The notes: a model not told the origin generated them from the letters alone. Shown: positions 28,844 through 38,848, counted from the stretch's first letter. The stretch: 64,000 bases of DNA from an uncultured Rhodospirillaceae bacterium (GCA_964343605.1 CAYFKJ010000002.1:629176-693175); one strand, 5' to 3'. Made by a program: numbers and translations.

Positions 28844-29758
28844 TCAGCCCAAAATTGAGCCACCGACTTCGTCGGTACGGACCCAACCTTCCTGGCCGTG
28901 AATGAAGCCGTTCGCCGTGGGCTCGCCGTCGATCAAGCTGTCCAGCACCAGCCCGCTTTCCTCCTCGTCCAGATGCCCGTCCAGGAGGTTGCGGAAGACG
29001 TCGGCGACGGCGACCATATCGGCGCTGTGTGGCGACAGGCGGAACATGCCGACACCCTCTTTCGCCAAGCTTCTGACCTCGCCGACAAGGCTGACGTAGG
29101 AATGGGAGATCGTCTGGGTGCCGTTGACCGCGAGGAACGGGCGGCGGTCCAGGGTTTCCACGTCCATGCCGTCGGGATCCTGCTCGCAAACGTACTGGCA
29201 GCCGTCTTTGCTCAAATTGTGGGCGCGGGCGTGGTAGCACCGGGCCGACAACGCCAACGGCAGGCGGCCGAAGGCCTGCAACTCGATTTCCGTCAAGTTC
29301 GCCGCGGCAATGGCGGCAACGGCGTCACCGGGAAGTTCGGCGGGCAGACAAATCCGCCGCGCGCCGTTGGCGACGAGATAGGCGACTGTGTCCTCGTTGT
29401 AGACGTTGACGTAAGGCCCGACGCAATGGGGCTTGCCCATCAGCAGCGAAGCGGTAGCGATATCGTTGGCTTCGATTTCGAAATCGTCGTTTTGGCAAAG
29501 CTCGCGGGCCGCCGCCTGTTCCCGCTCGCTCATAATCAGGGCGAGCGAGGAAAGCACGACCTCCTTGCCGGCGGCCCTGAGCCGGTCGACGACCTCCGGC
29601 AAATAAGGCGTGAAGAAAGGCTCGCGCTTCGAACAGACCACTTCGCCGACGTATACCGCGTCGACAGGACATTCGTCGGCCATGCGGAAATAGAAATCCC
29701 GTTTTTCCTCGGCGGGCCAATTGAAGATCAAAGGGCCCAGAGACAGTTTTGCGGTCAT
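28844..29758 (-). CDS. ubiV: U32-family protein UbiV (O2-independent ubiquinone biosynthesis)
   Basis: Peptidase-U32 fold protein of about 300 aa immediately downstream of a larger U32 paralogue and an SCP2 protein. Cys residues are present for a 4Fe-4S cluster. Confidence 0.7.
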   Translation of the reverse strand: MTAKLSLGPLIFNWPAEEKRDFYFRMADECPVDAVYVGEVVCSKREPFFTPYLPEVVDRLRAAGKEVVLSSLALIMSEREQAAARELCQNDDFEIEANDIATASLLMGKPHCVGPYVNVYNEDTVAYLVANGARRICLPAELPGDAVAAIAAANLTEIELQAFGRLPLALSARCYHARAHNLSKDGCQYVCEQDPDGMDVETLDRRPFLAVNGTQTISHSYVSLVGEVRSLAKEGVGMFRLSPHSADMVAVADVFRNLLDGHLDEEESGLVLDSLIDGEPTANGFIHGQEGWVRTDEVGGSILG

Positions 29759-29769
29759 GTCGGGTATCC

Positions 29770-30762
29770 CTAGCGCCAGGCTTTTTCGTAAGCGCCGGCG
29801 GTTTCGCGCTGGCCTTCCGTCAGTTCATCGAGATTGTTGATGGGGGCAGGATTGCCGGCCGCCTGGGCGTCGACGGCGGCGCGGAAGGCCTTGACGACCT
29901 GGGCGACGTAGGCCCGGCCCCGTTGGCGGCCCTCGATCTTGAGGGCCACGACGCCCGCTTCGACCAATTCGGGCAACATGCCGGCGGCGTTGAGGCTGGT
30001 GGGCTCTTCGAAGAGGTACGAGCTTTCGCCCTCGGCGACGAAGCGGCCTTTGCAGAGTGTGGGGTAGCCCGCGGATTCGCCGTCGTTGAACACATTGATG
30101 GTGAACTCGCCGAGGCGGGAGACGAGGCCGTCACCACGTTCTTCGTAGCGTACATGGCTGGCGGGCGAACAAACCCCGGTCAGGTTGGGCGACTTGCCCG
30201 TCGCATAGGAGGAGAGCGCGCAGCGCCCCTCGGCCATTACGCAGAGCCCGCCAAAGGCGAACACTTCGGTTTCCACGGGGATTTGCTTATTGAGGGCGGC
30301 GATTTCAGCCACCGTCAGAACGCGCGGCAGCACAATGCGCCGGACGTCGAATTCGCGGTGGAAAAAGTTGATCGCTTCGGCGTTGGAGGCTGACGCCTGC
30401 ACGGAAAGATGGCGCCGCAGGTCAGGATGGTAGTCCGTGCAGTATTTGAGCAGGCCGATATCGGCCAGGATCACGGCATCCGCGCCCAACGCGGCGGCAT
30501 CGTCGACGGCGCGGCGCCATGGGCCCGGGTCGCCGGCCTTGGGAAAGGTGTTGATGGCGACGTAGACCTTGGCGTTCCTTTGGTGGGCGTAGGCCAAACC
30601 TTCCCTTAGCTCTCGGCGATCGAAGTTGAGGCCGGGAAAATTCCGCGCATTGGTTTCGTCGCGAAAGCCCAGGTAGACCGTATCGGCGCCGGCATCGACA
30701 GCACTGCGCAGTGCGGCCGGCGTGCCCGCCGGGCAGACGAGTTCGAGCGGTTCGTTGATCAT
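29770..30762 (-). CDS. ubiU: U32-family protein UbiU
   Basis: U32 core (ELVCPAG...AGADTVYLG...) of about 330 aa with conserved Cys. It lies between the SCP2-domain gene and ubiV. Confidence 0.75.
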   Translation of the reverse strand: MINEPLELVCPAGTPAALRSAVDAGADTVYLGFRDETNARNFPGLNFDRRELREGLAYAHQRNAKVYVAINTFPKAGDPGPWRRAVDDAAALGADAVILADIGLLKYCTDYHPDLRRHLSVQASASNAEAINFFHREFDVRRIVLPRVLTVAEIAALNKQIPVETEVFAFGGLCVMAEGRCALSSYATGKSPNLTGVCSPASHVRYEERGDGLVSRLGEFTINVFNDGESAGYPTLCKGRFVAEGESSYLFEEPTSLNAAGMLPELVEAGVVALKIEGRQRGRAYVAQVVKAFRAAVDAQAAGNPAPINNLDELTEGQRETAGAYEKAWR

Positions 30763-31436
30763 CCGGATTTCCTCGCGCGGGCTTTTTCGCGGCGCAGTTT
30801 CCTTTCCAGATCGTCGATCCGGCTTTCCAGGCGCTCGATTGTCGCGGCCTGGCCGTCTGCGCGGCGGTCCAGCGGGCGCACCGCGGCGCGGCGCACCATC
30901 TCCAAGTCCTGGGCGGCGCGCTCGTAGGTCTTGGCCAGCACCCCGGCGGCTTTTACGCCAGCCCGGGCCAACGGGGCGGGCAGGGGCGCCAGATCGGCCA
31001 ACCTGATTTCGGCCCCGTCCATGGCGTTGCGCAGCGCGACGACGGCTTCTGTATCACCCTCGAACGTCAGTTCGCGGGAGAAGAACAGGGCGTCGCCGTC
31101 GACGCGGCCTTCCAGCAGGTCGACCAGGACTTCAACCGGTCCGCGGACGGCGGCCAGGGCGTTGGCTTCGTCCTCCGGTCGGGCGCTGCGCAGTTCGGGA
31201 CGCTCGCGGTCGAGGGTCAGAACTATGCTGACGGGAAGATCAGTCGGGTCGATCAGAAGCGTTTCATCGCCTTCCCCGCTGCCCATGTCGGGGAGGCGTT
31301 CGAACAAGTGCTCGTGGCGTTTCAGCAACATGTTCATGGTGGCGGACAATGCCCGGTCGATGACTGCGCGCGGCACCGGACGTAGGAACATCCCCGCAAT
31401 CAATGCGGGCGTTAAAGGGGGGGATGATTGCTTCAT
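30759..31436 (-). CDS. ubiT: SCP2-domain lipid-carrier protein UbiT
   Basis: An N-terminal SCP2 sterol-carrier-like domain of about 150 aa plus a C-terminal charged tail, overlapping the ubiU start by 4 nt (yhbT-yhbU-yhbV order). Confidence 0.65.
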   Translation of the reverse strand: MKQSSPPLTPALIAGMFLRPVPRAVIDRALSATMNMLLKRHEHLFERLPDMGSGEGDETLLIDPTDLPVSIVLTLDRERPELRSARPEDEANALAAVRGPVEVLVDLLEGRVDGDALFFSRELTFEGDTEAVVALRNAMDGAEIRLADLAPLPAPLARAGVKAAGVLAKTYERAAQDLEMVRRAAVRPLDRRADGQAATIERLESRIDDLERKLRREKARARKSG

Positions 31437-31525
31437 GGGGTGTATTTAGCCGACCTCGCAGCGCCTGTCGAATAGTCGCTCCGGAGGCACCCGTGGGGCC
31501 TTGATGATGGTCAAGCTGAGTGAGC

Positions 31526-32284
31526 TTAACCCCTTCCGACAAACGGCATTTTGGTCGCCATCACGGTCATGAACTGCACGTTGGCCTCCAGCGGCAGGCT
31601 CGCCATGTGAACGACAGCATCCGCGACGTGTTTGAGATCCATCAGGGGCTCCGCCTTGATCGATCCGTCGGCCTGCGGCACGCCGTCGGCCATGCGCATG
31701 GCCATCTCGGTCTTGGCATTGCCGATATCGATCTGGCTGCAGGCGATGTCGTGGACCCGGCCGTCGAGCGACGTCGTTTTGGTGAGGCCGGTGATGGCGT
31801 GCTTGGTGGATGTGTAGGGCACCGAAAACGGCCTTGGCGCATACGCGGAGATTGAACCGTTGTTGATGATGCGGCCGCCCTTGGGATCCTGGTCCTTCAT
31901 CAACCGAAAAGCTTCCTGGGTGCAGAGGAAGGGGCCGGTCAGGTTGATGTCGACGACGGACCGCCATTGTTCGACGCTGAGTTCATCCAGCGGTATGCCG
32001 GGTGCGTTGACGCCGGCGTTGTTGAACAGCACGTCGAGGCGGCCATAAACCTCTTTGGTTTTGGCGAAAAGGGCAGCGACGGAGGCCGGGTCGCTGACGT
32101 CGGTGGGCACGACCAGCGCCCGTTCGGCGGCATCGCCCGACAAAGTCCTGGTTTCCTGCAAGGGGTCCTCGCGGCGGCCGGCCAGAACGACTGCGTAACC
32201 GTCCTCCAGCAGCGCCAGCGCCGATGCCCGCCCGATACCCGACCCGGCACCCGTCACAATGGCTATTTTTCCTTGTCCGCTCAT
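31526..32284 (-). CDS. SDR family oxidoreductase
   Basis: [12 protein letters not shown] and S...YxxxK (YTSTK) motifs. Confidence 0.8.
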   Translation of the reverse strand: MSGQGKIAIVTGAGSGIGRASALALLEDGYAVVLAGRREDPLQETRTLSGDAAERALVVPTDVSDPASVAALFAKTKEVYGRLDVLFNNAGVNAPGIPLDELSVEQWRSVVDINLTGPFLCTQEAFRLMKDQDPKGGRIINNGSISAYAPRPFSVPYTSTKHAITGLTKTTSLDGRVHDIACSQIDIGNAKTEMAMRMADGVPQADGSIKAEPLMDLKHVADAVVHMASLPLEANVQFMTVMATKMPFVGRG

Positions 32285-32467
32285 CGATTTGCCCCTTCAT
32301 GTCGTTGAATTCCGACAACATAACGCCGAAGCCCCGGTCTGGTAAGAGTCGCCCGAAAAAAAGAGCCATTCCACCCATCAAGAAATTTGAATACAGTATA
32401 CAAAATAATTATTCGTACCGGCCATGATCGAATAACGGCGGGCTGGGCAACATCGGGGGAACGCGTC

Positions 32468-33199
32468 GTGGACCGCTCCAAGCTGAAAATTCTCGTCTTT
32501 CAACACCATCCTATCGAACATGTCGGGCGATTCGCCCGGCTGATGGAATCGGACGCGGTTCACCGCCATGTCGTGCAGTTGGATCGGGGCGACGAAATTC
32601 CGAAGCTCGACGACTTTGACGGATTGTGGGTTTTCGGCGGGCAAATGCAGGTGTGGGAGGAAGCGGAGAACCCTTGGCTGGTGCCGGAAAAGGCGGCCAT
32701 CCGTGAGGCCGTTGAGAACTTCGGCATGCCGTACTTCGGTGTTTGCCTGGGCCACCAACTGCTGGCCGACGCGCTCGGCGGAGCCGTCAACCGAATGGCG
32801 GACCCGGAGGTCGGCAATCTCGACATCGAACTAACGTCAGAGGGGCGGCAAAGCCCCTTGTTTGAGGGCATCTCAACGCCGCAGGTGTTCACCCAAGGTC
32901 ACGGCGCAGAGGTTTCCGTTCCGCCCGCCGGGACACGTGTTCTGGCAAGCTCACCGGCCTGCGCCGTGCAGTCCATGCAGGTTGGGGAAAGGGCTTTCAG
33001 CGTCCAGTTTCACCCGGAACTGACGCCTGAAATGATCGTCGAGTGTCTGGAGATTCCGGAATACCAGGTCGAGTTTGACGCCATGCTCGGTGAGGCCGGC
33101 ACCAAAGATCTCATCGCCTCAAGTACCGAGCTCGCATCCCGGTTCGACGACCTGACAGCCCAACTGTACGAAAACTGGATGACGGCCTGCTTCGGTTGA
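32468..33199 (+). CDS. class I glutamine amidotransferase-like protein
   Basis: Catalytic GVCLGHQ and the HPE triad region (QFHPE). I prefer the GTG start at 32468; the track ORF begins at 32387. Confidence 0.65.
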   Translation: MDRSKLKILVFQHHPIEHVGRFARLMESDAVHRHVVQLDRGDEIPKLDDFDGLWVFGGQMQVWEEAENPWLVPEKAAIREAVENFGMPYFGVCLGHQLLADALGGAVNRMADPEVGNLDIELTSEGRQSPLFEGISTPQVFTQGHGAEVSVPPAGTRVLASSPACAVQSMQVGERAFSVQFHPELTPEMIVECLEIPEYQVEFDAMLGEAGTKDLIASSTELASRFDDLTAQLYENWMTACFG

Positions 33200-33202
33200 G
33201 TT

Positions 33203-33967
33203 CTATACGAGCGTGACGTTAACGCCGCAAAGTTCAAACCGACTGTCGTCGGTCATGAGGCCCCGCTGATCGGCCGCCGCCAAGATGGCCGATCGATTTT
33301 GCGGCGTCAGCAACAGCCCCGAAACGCCGGGACCGCGGCCATCCTCTGTTTTGACAAAGTGGAGCGTGGCGTTGTCGAGCGGCAGGCAAGGCCCCTCCGA
33401 TCCTGTCTTGGTCCGCCCGCCGACAACCCGGGCCCAAAGGTCCGCCATGCCGCCGGGATCGTCGGACTGGATCTGAAGTCCCACCATCGCGGCGGTGACG
33501 TCGGTTTGCATGTGGTTGCGCCAGTCCGGCCCCGCCCACTCCCAGTCCGCGGCTTCGATGTGGAAATCCGGCGCAGCCGCCATCGAATCGATGGACAGGA
33601 TGGCGCCGCCGACATCGGCCGGGTGGAAGTGCGTGGCGAAAGCGTTGGGTCCGTCGTGGCGCCATACGTCGCGGATGCCCAGGGCGGTAATGCGCTCACG
33701 CTGCGGGATGGCGTCCTCGCATTGCAGGATGACCATGTATCCGCCGTTGCCGCCGCGTCGTTCGAGATAGCGCCCCGCCGCCGTGCCGGCTTGCGTAGGC
33801 GCCACGACTTCGAGGAAGTTACCGCCAACGGCAAACAAGGCGTTTTCCAGGCCGAATTCCGCCACCCCGGGATCGCGGTAGCATTCCTCTAACCCCAATA
33901 CCGAACCGATCTCCTCAATCGCAGGATCAAGCTTTTCCGCTACAAAGACAAATTGGCGTAGACGCAT
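33203..33967 (-). CDS. VOC/glyoxalase-like domain protein
   Basis: A glyoxalase-like domain pattern is repeated twice. I prefer the start at MRLRQFVFV; the track extends to 34081. Confidence 0.5.
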   Translation of the reverse strand: MRLRQFVFVAEKLDPAIEEIGSVLGLEECYRDPGVAEFGLENALFAVGGNFLEVVAPTQAGTAAGRYLERRGGNGGYMVILQCEDAIPQRERITALGIRDVWRHDGPNAFATHFHPADVGGAILSIDSMAAAPDFHIEAADWEWAGPDWRNHMQTDVTAAMVGLQIQSDDPGGMADLWARVVGGRTKTGSEGPCLPLDNATLHFVKTEDGRGPGVSGLLLTPQNRSAILAAADQRGLMTDDSRFELCGVNVTLV

Positions 33968-34118
33968 ACAGTATCCTTCAAACCGTTGTTGGGCACCGAC
34001 GGTAGCACACAGGATCCGCGGACGTGAACTTGCGGTAAACGATTTGCGAAGTTTGCTCAACCCGCCCCTTTCCTGTTTCATGGCCCGGCAGGAATGATTT
34101 GCTAGTAGGGAAGAAATC

Positions 34119-34916
34119 GTGACCCAGGAAAACGACTACGACGTGAGTGCGGCAAATCTGCAAGCTCTGGCGGCCGAACTCATCGAGGCTTTGCGCATCC
34201 GCACCATCCCCATCGGCATGAAATTGTTCGAGGACGCGGCGGACATGCACAACATCAAGGGCGTGCGTGCGCCCACCGAGGATTTCCATTTCACCATGTG
34301 CCAGATGGTGGGGCAGTCGCGAACCGCCGGTTTCACATTGGGCATCGTTCACGAAAACACCCGCATGAACAGCAATTGCGGCGGCGTTGCCGGACTGAAT
34401 GCGCCTTCGGAAAGCTTCCTGTCCGGCGAACAGATGGACGGCGTCTGGTTCGGCAACCGCGAGGCATCGCGAGCGCATCAGGCGGAAATGGTGCGGGTGG
34501 AGCCCAAGTATCAGGGACTATGCGTCTCGCCCTTGCGTTCCGGCCGCCTGGACCCGCCCGATATCGTGCTCTTTTACGCCAACCCGGCGCAAACCATCCT
34601 GTTCGTCAACGGGCTGCAATACAAACGCTATAAGCGCTACGACATGACTATCACCGGCGAAACGGCCTGTTCGGATTCTTGGGGTCGGGCCCTGGCGACC
34701 GGCGAAACATCGATTTCCATCCCCTGCTACGCGGAGCGCCGCTACGGCGGCGTTGCCGACGACGAAATGCTGCTGGCCATGCCGCCCGACGAGTTCGCGC
34801 GCGGTATCGAAGGCTTGCGGGGCCTGGGAAGGGTGGGATTGCGATACCCCATTCCGCCGTATGGCACCCAAATGGATCCGGCGCACGGTATGTCGGCAAG
34901 TTACCCTGGTAAGTGA
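34119..34916 (+). CDS. DUF169 domain protein
   Basis: Pfam DUF169-like signature (FTMCQMV...CGGVAGLN...CSDSWG). Confidence 0.6.
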   Translation: MTQENDYDVSAANLQALAAELIEALRIRTIPIGMKLFEDAADMHNIKGVRAPTEDFHFTMCQMVGQSRTAGFTLGIVHENTRMNSNCGGVAGLNAPSESFLSGEQMDGVWFGNREASRAHQAEMVRVEPKYQGLCVSPLRSGRLDPPDIVLFYANPAQTILFVNGLQYKRYKRYDMTITGETACSDSWGRALATGETSISIPCYAERRYGGVADDEMLLAMPPDEFARGIEGLRGLGRVGLRYPIPPYGTQMDPAHGMSASYPGK

Positions 34917-34931
34917 CGACGGGAGGATGGA

Positions 34932-35762
34932 GTGACGTTGGCAAGGGCGGATATCGAGCAGTTCAAGCAAGCGGGCTACATTTCGCCGGTGGACGTGATG
35001 GGTGAAATGGAGGCCAGCGTGCTGCGCGCCCGTCTTGAGGCCGTGGAGGCCGGACAGGGCGGGGCGCTTGAGGCGGGACAGCGGGCCAAATCTTTTTTGC
35101 TGTTCAAGTGGCTCGACGACCTGATCCGCGATCCCCGCGTGTTGGATCCCGTCGAGCAGTTGATCGGGCCCAATATTCTTTGTTGGAACACCATCTTCTG
35201 GATCAAGGAAGCAGGCGCCAAGAGTTTCATCTCCTGGCACCAGGATACGCGGTACTGGGGGCTTTCCAGCGACCGTGTGGTCACCGCCTGGCTGGCCCTG
35301 TCGCCCGCTACCATTGAAGCCGGCTGCATGCGGGTCATGCCCGGCACGCATGTCGGCGATGTCCTGCCGCACGAGGACCGCTACCACGAGGACAATATGC
35401 TGACGCGCGGGCAGGAGATCACGGCGGGCGTGGATGACTCTGACGCCGCCTTCATGCCGTTGAAAACGGGTCAGATGTCGCTTCACAACTACCGTCTGGC
35501 GCACGCTTCCGGGCCCAACAACTCAACCGACCGCCGCATCGGCGTCTCCATGCATTTCATGCCCACCGATACGCGACAGGTTGTCGGCGATTGGGACTGT
35601 GCGGCTTTGGTGCGCGGCATCGACGAATTCGGCAATTTCGAACCCACGCCCAGGCCATCCCGGGATTTCGACCAAGATGCGGTGGCCTTCCACGACAAAG
35701 CGGCTGAGGCCATGCGGCGGGTTTTGTTCAATGGCGCAACGGAGGCACCGCAGAAACTCTAG
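34932..35762 (+). CDS. phytanoyl-CoA dioxygenase (PhyH) family Fe(II)/2OG oxygenase
   Basis: WHQDTRYW...(H-x-D)...HNYRLAHASGPN motifs. 15-nt gap from the DUF169 gene. Confidence 0.75.
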   Translation: MTLARADIEQFKQAGYISPVDVMGEMEASVLRARLEAVEAGQGGALEAGQRAKSFLLFKWLDDLIRDPRVLDPVEQLIGPNILCWNTIFWIKEAGAKSFISWHQDTRYWGLSSDRVVTAWLALSPATIEAGCMRVMPGTHVGDVLPHEDRYHEDNMLTRGQEITAGVDDSDAAFMPLKTGQMSLHNYRLAHASGPNNSTDRRIGVSMHFMPTDTRQVVGDWDCAALVRGIDEFGNFEPTPRPSRDFDQDAVAFHDKAAEAMRRVLFNGATEAPQKL

Positions 35763-35962
35763 CATTCGCGCCCCTCCAAAAATTTAGCTTAAATGCCAAC
35801 TACTTAGGCCTTGCAAAGGCCCAAGTGGCTCCCCATATGCCGATTACGCAATCGTTGAGATTGTCCTCGACAAAGGCAAACCGTCGGAAACGGCGGGACG
35901 CAAAGCTTCGTACCTAAGGCTCACAGAGCTACGGCGGACGAGTTACCGAAAGGAAAGTAACG

Positions 35963-36778
35963 ATGCTCTCCATCAATACCAACCCGGTCGCCCATACCGG
36001 CATCCGGAATTTGAACGAGACGACGCGTGCGCTCGACCGGACCGGGGTGCGCATTTCCACCGGTCTCAAGGTCAACCGCCCACAGGACGACGCGGCGACG
36101 CTGGCCATCGCGCAAAGATTGATCGGCGACGTCGGCGCCGCCAAATCGGTAAAAATCGGGCTGGATTCGGCCCAGGCGAGCATCGGTGTCGCGGCCGTCG
36201 GCGCGGCGAATATTTCCGATCTTCTGGTGGATATGAAGTCGATCGCGGTAAAAGCGAGCCAGGAGAATCTCGACGCCGAATCCCGGCAGGCGCTGAACAA
36301 CGATTTCAACGCCCTGCGCGACCAGATCGGCACCATCGTGTCGTCCTCCGAATTCAACGGCACCAACCTGATCAAACCGGGGGCAGCGGATCTCAATGTT
36401 CTGAAGGATGTCGACGGCGGCCGCATCAACGTCGCCGCCCAGGACTTCAGCACCGCCGGGCTCGGTATCGACACGGCCGCCCTCGATTCGGCGGCCAATG
36501 CCCAGTCGGCCTTGAGCGCGATCGAAGCCGCCCTGAGCCAGGCGACCAGCCAGGAAGCCAGCCTTGGCTCCGCGGCCAAGCGCATCGAAAACCAGCAGGA
36601 CTTCACTGTCCAACTGCGCGACATCCAACAACAAGGCATCGGCAATCTGATCGATGCCGATCTCGGCAGGGAAAGCGCCGCGTTGCAGGCGGGGCGCGTC
36701 AAACAGCAATTGGGGTTGCAGGCCCTTTCCATCGCGAACTCGAGCCCGAAGCACATCCTCAGCCTGTTCCAGGGTTGA
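35963..36778 (+). CDS. flagellin (short, about 271 aa)
   Basis: Conserved flagellin N-terminus (MLSINTNPVA...LNETTRALDRTGVRISTGLKVNRPQDDAA) and C-terminus (...QQLGLQALSIANSSPKHILSLFQG). GGAAAG RBS. No other flagellar genes in the window. Confidence 0.8.
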   Translation: MLSINTNPVAHTGIRNLNETTRALDRTGVRISTGLKVNRPQDDAATLAIAQRLIGDVGAAKSVKIGLDSAQASIGVAAVGAANISDLLVDMKSIAVKASQENLDAESRQALNNDFNALRDQIGTIVSSSEFNGTNLIKPGAADLNVLKDVDGGRINVAAQDFSTAGLGIDTAALDSAANAQSALSAIEAALSQATSQEASLGSAAKRIENQQDFTVQLRDIQQQGIGNLIDADLGRESAALQAGRVKQQLGLQALSIANSSPKHILSLFQG

Positions 36779-36811
36779 GGTGTATGGGCTTTCTATCAGG
36801 GGCGCTAAGCC

Positions 36812-37012
36812 ATGCAAATCGACAGGAACCTACTCGCAAGACACCATCAAGAAACACCTCCGTCACCAGAACAGATGTCTGAGGAGGAATGGCTCAAGGA
36901 CGTCAAGCCGGGACGCTACGAGACTCCGTTTTGGCAGTTCGTCGCCATTCTGGGGTGGGCGGCCGCGACCGTCCTGGGTGTCATCATCATGGTGGATCGG
37001 CCGATCTTCTGA
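36812..37012 (+). CDS. small hypothetical membrane protein
   Basis: 66-aa ORF with one C-terminal TM helix (FWQFVAILGWAAATVLGVIIMV), directly after flagellin. Weak. Confidence 0.25.
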   Translation: MQIDRNLLARHHQETPPSPEQMSEEEWLKDVKPGRYETPFWQFVAILGWAAATVLGVIIMVDRPIF

Positions 37013-37078
37013 ACCTGGACGGCAAGCGGGGAGGGAAGCGGCCGGTCGAGGCGGATCGTGCCGCTTCCCGTTACCGGG

Positions 37079-37651
37079 TCAGTAGGTCTCAAGCTTGAAT
37101 TCCACGGGGAGCGAATTCGAGACGATGTCGTAAACCGGGCTGTGCAGAGCCAGGGCGGTGAGGTCTTCGGCACTGGCCTCGCTTTTCACCCGAAAACCGA
37201 CCCGCACCTCTCTGTAACCCTTGCGTACGGCCTCATCCAGACCCAGCATTCCGCGTGCGTCCATATCGCCTTCCAAGTTCGATTCGACGGCCTCGATCTC
37301 GATGCCTTGCACGGCCGCGTGGTAGACCAGCGTATTCGTCAGACAGGAAGCCAGGCCATGCAGGACGAATTCCATGGCGTTGGGTGCGACGTCTCCCCCG
37401 GCCATGATTTTCGGCTCGTCGGAGTCCACGACAAAAGGTTGGGTGCGGGTCTCGTCTTCCGCACAGGCGGCATAGAAGCCTTGGATGCGGGACCGGTTCA
37501 GACCGCCGCCGATCCAGTCGTTCCGCACTCTGAACTGCATTTGCCCTGCCGCCGGTTCCGCCTGGATGGTTTCGATGACGTTGCTGACCGTGGTGACGTC
37601 CACACCGTTCACGACGGTCGGGCTTTCGATGACTTTGCTATTGATGCTCAT
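37079..37651 (-). CDS. OsmC/Ohr family protein
   Basis: OsmC fold with paired Cys regions (LASCLTNTL ... ALHSPVYD). I prefer the start at MSINSKV. Confidence 0.7.
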   Translation of the reverse strand: MSINSKVIESPTVVNGVDVTTVSNVIETIQAEPAAGQMQFRVRNDWIGGGLNRSRIQGFYAACAEDETRTQPFVVDSDEPKIMAGGDVAPNAMEFVLHGLASCLTNTLVYHAAVQGIEIEAVESNLEGDMDARGMLGLDEAVRKGYREVRVGFRVKSEASAEDLTALALHSPVYDIVSNSLPVEFKLETY

Positions 37652-37699
37652 GATCACTTTCCTTCTTGGGATTTCTATTGATGAAATTGCAATCAACCA

Positions 37700-37800
37700 C
37701 CGAATTCCGTCGGTTGATTGCGCCTGACGGTAGGCGGCGTGGAGCTTGCGGAATACTGCGCGATGCGTAGTATTGGACTACGGATTACGTAGTTAGGGGG
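37700..37800. promoter_or_regulatory. putative divergent promoter/operator region with several perfect or near-perfect palindromes
   Basis: caatcaacc-N13-ggttgattg (9-bp inverted repeat), aatactgcgc-gat-gcgtagtatt and ctacg-gat-tacgtag lie between the divergently transcribed OsmC and HxlR genes. Confidence 0.3.
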
Positions 37801-37805
37801 GCGGA

Positions 37806-38489
37806 ATGACGAGCTACGGACAGTATTGTCCGGTTGCCAAGGCAACCGAGATCATCGGCGAGAAATGGACGCTGCTGATCCTGCGCGAGCTTTTGATGGG
37901 GACGAGCCGGTTCAACGATTTCCAGCGCAGCATGAGCCGCATCTCGCCCACCGTTCTCAACAAGCGTCTGAAGGAACTGGAAGACAACGGCATCATTCTC
38001 CGAAAACGGTTGTCGGGAAAGAAAGGGCATGAATACCGGCTGACGCCGATGGGGCGGGAACTTGAACCGGTGGTGGACCAAGTCGCCAGGTGGGGTCAGA
38101 AGTGGGCGCGGGGCCAGATGTCCGATGAAGAATTGGACGTCGAGCTTTTGATGTGGGACATCCACCGCCGCATCGATCCCACCGGTTTACCCGACGGCGA
38201 AACCGTCATCGGCTTCATTTTCACGGATCTCGAAAAATTCAAGAACTGGTGGCTTGTGGTCGACGGCGGCGACGTCGACCTCTGTACCGAGGATCCGGGC
38301 AAGGACGTCGATATTTACCTGTCGACCGATGTGCGCACGATGATCGAGATCTGGCAGGGCGACGTCGAACCAAACGCCGCCATTCGCGATGACCGCCTGG
38401 TGGCGCTGGGCACCAAAGGTCTAATCCGTAACATGCCGAAGTGGTTCAGGCTTTGCGTTTACGCCGATACGAAGCGGGTTCGGGTCTGA
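37806..38489 (+). CDS. HxlR-family winged-helix transcriptional regulator with extended C-terminal domain
   Basis: CPVAKATEIIGEKWTLLILREL...FNDFQRSM is the HxlR/MarR-like HTH signature. Divergent from the OsmC gene. Confidence 0.75.
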   Translation: MTSYGQYCPVAKATEIIGEKWTLLILRELLMGTSRFNDFQRSMSRISPTVLNKRLKELEDNGIILRKRLSGKKGHEYRLTPMGRELEPVVDQVARWGQKWARGQMSDEELDVELLMWDIHRRIDPTGLPDGETVIGFIFTDLEKFKNWWLVVDGGDVDLCTEDPGKDVDIYLSTDVRTMIEIWQGDVEPNAAIRDDRLVALGTKGLIRNMPKWFRLCVYADTKRVRV

Positions 38490-38503
38490 CCTGGATTACC
38501 GCC

Positions 38504-38848
38504 CTAATTCCCGATGGCGTAGATGGCGCGGGCGATTTCACCCTCAAGGGGGAAGGACAGCATGCCCATGACCTCGTAGCCCAGCAGCCAGGGCACGAGA
38601 TAGAAGCGGATCATGAAGAAGAACCAGGCCACGAACAGCGGCACCACGGGCGCCACGAGAAAACTCGGCGTAATGAATTCGAAGGCGTCGATGATGGGAT
38701 CGGTGACGCGGACGAAAAACCGCATGAAGAAAAAACTCGAATTGATGGGCAGGAAGATCGACATGCCGGCACGCCCGATCAGCGTCCACATGACCATGCC
38801 CAGGAGATAATCGATAACGATGACCCAAATGGGGAAGGCGTCCAACAA
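38504..38848 (-). CDS. YggT family membrane protein
   Basis: About 114 aa polytopic protein with a YggT-like RVTDPIIDAFEFITP motif. Confidence 0.55.
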   Translation of the reverse strand: MLDAFPIWVIVIDYLLGMVMWTLIGRAGMSIFLPINSSFFFMRFFVRVTDPIIDAFEFITPSFLVAPVVPLFVAWFFFMIRFYLVPWLLGYEVMGMLSFPLEGEIARAIYAIGN

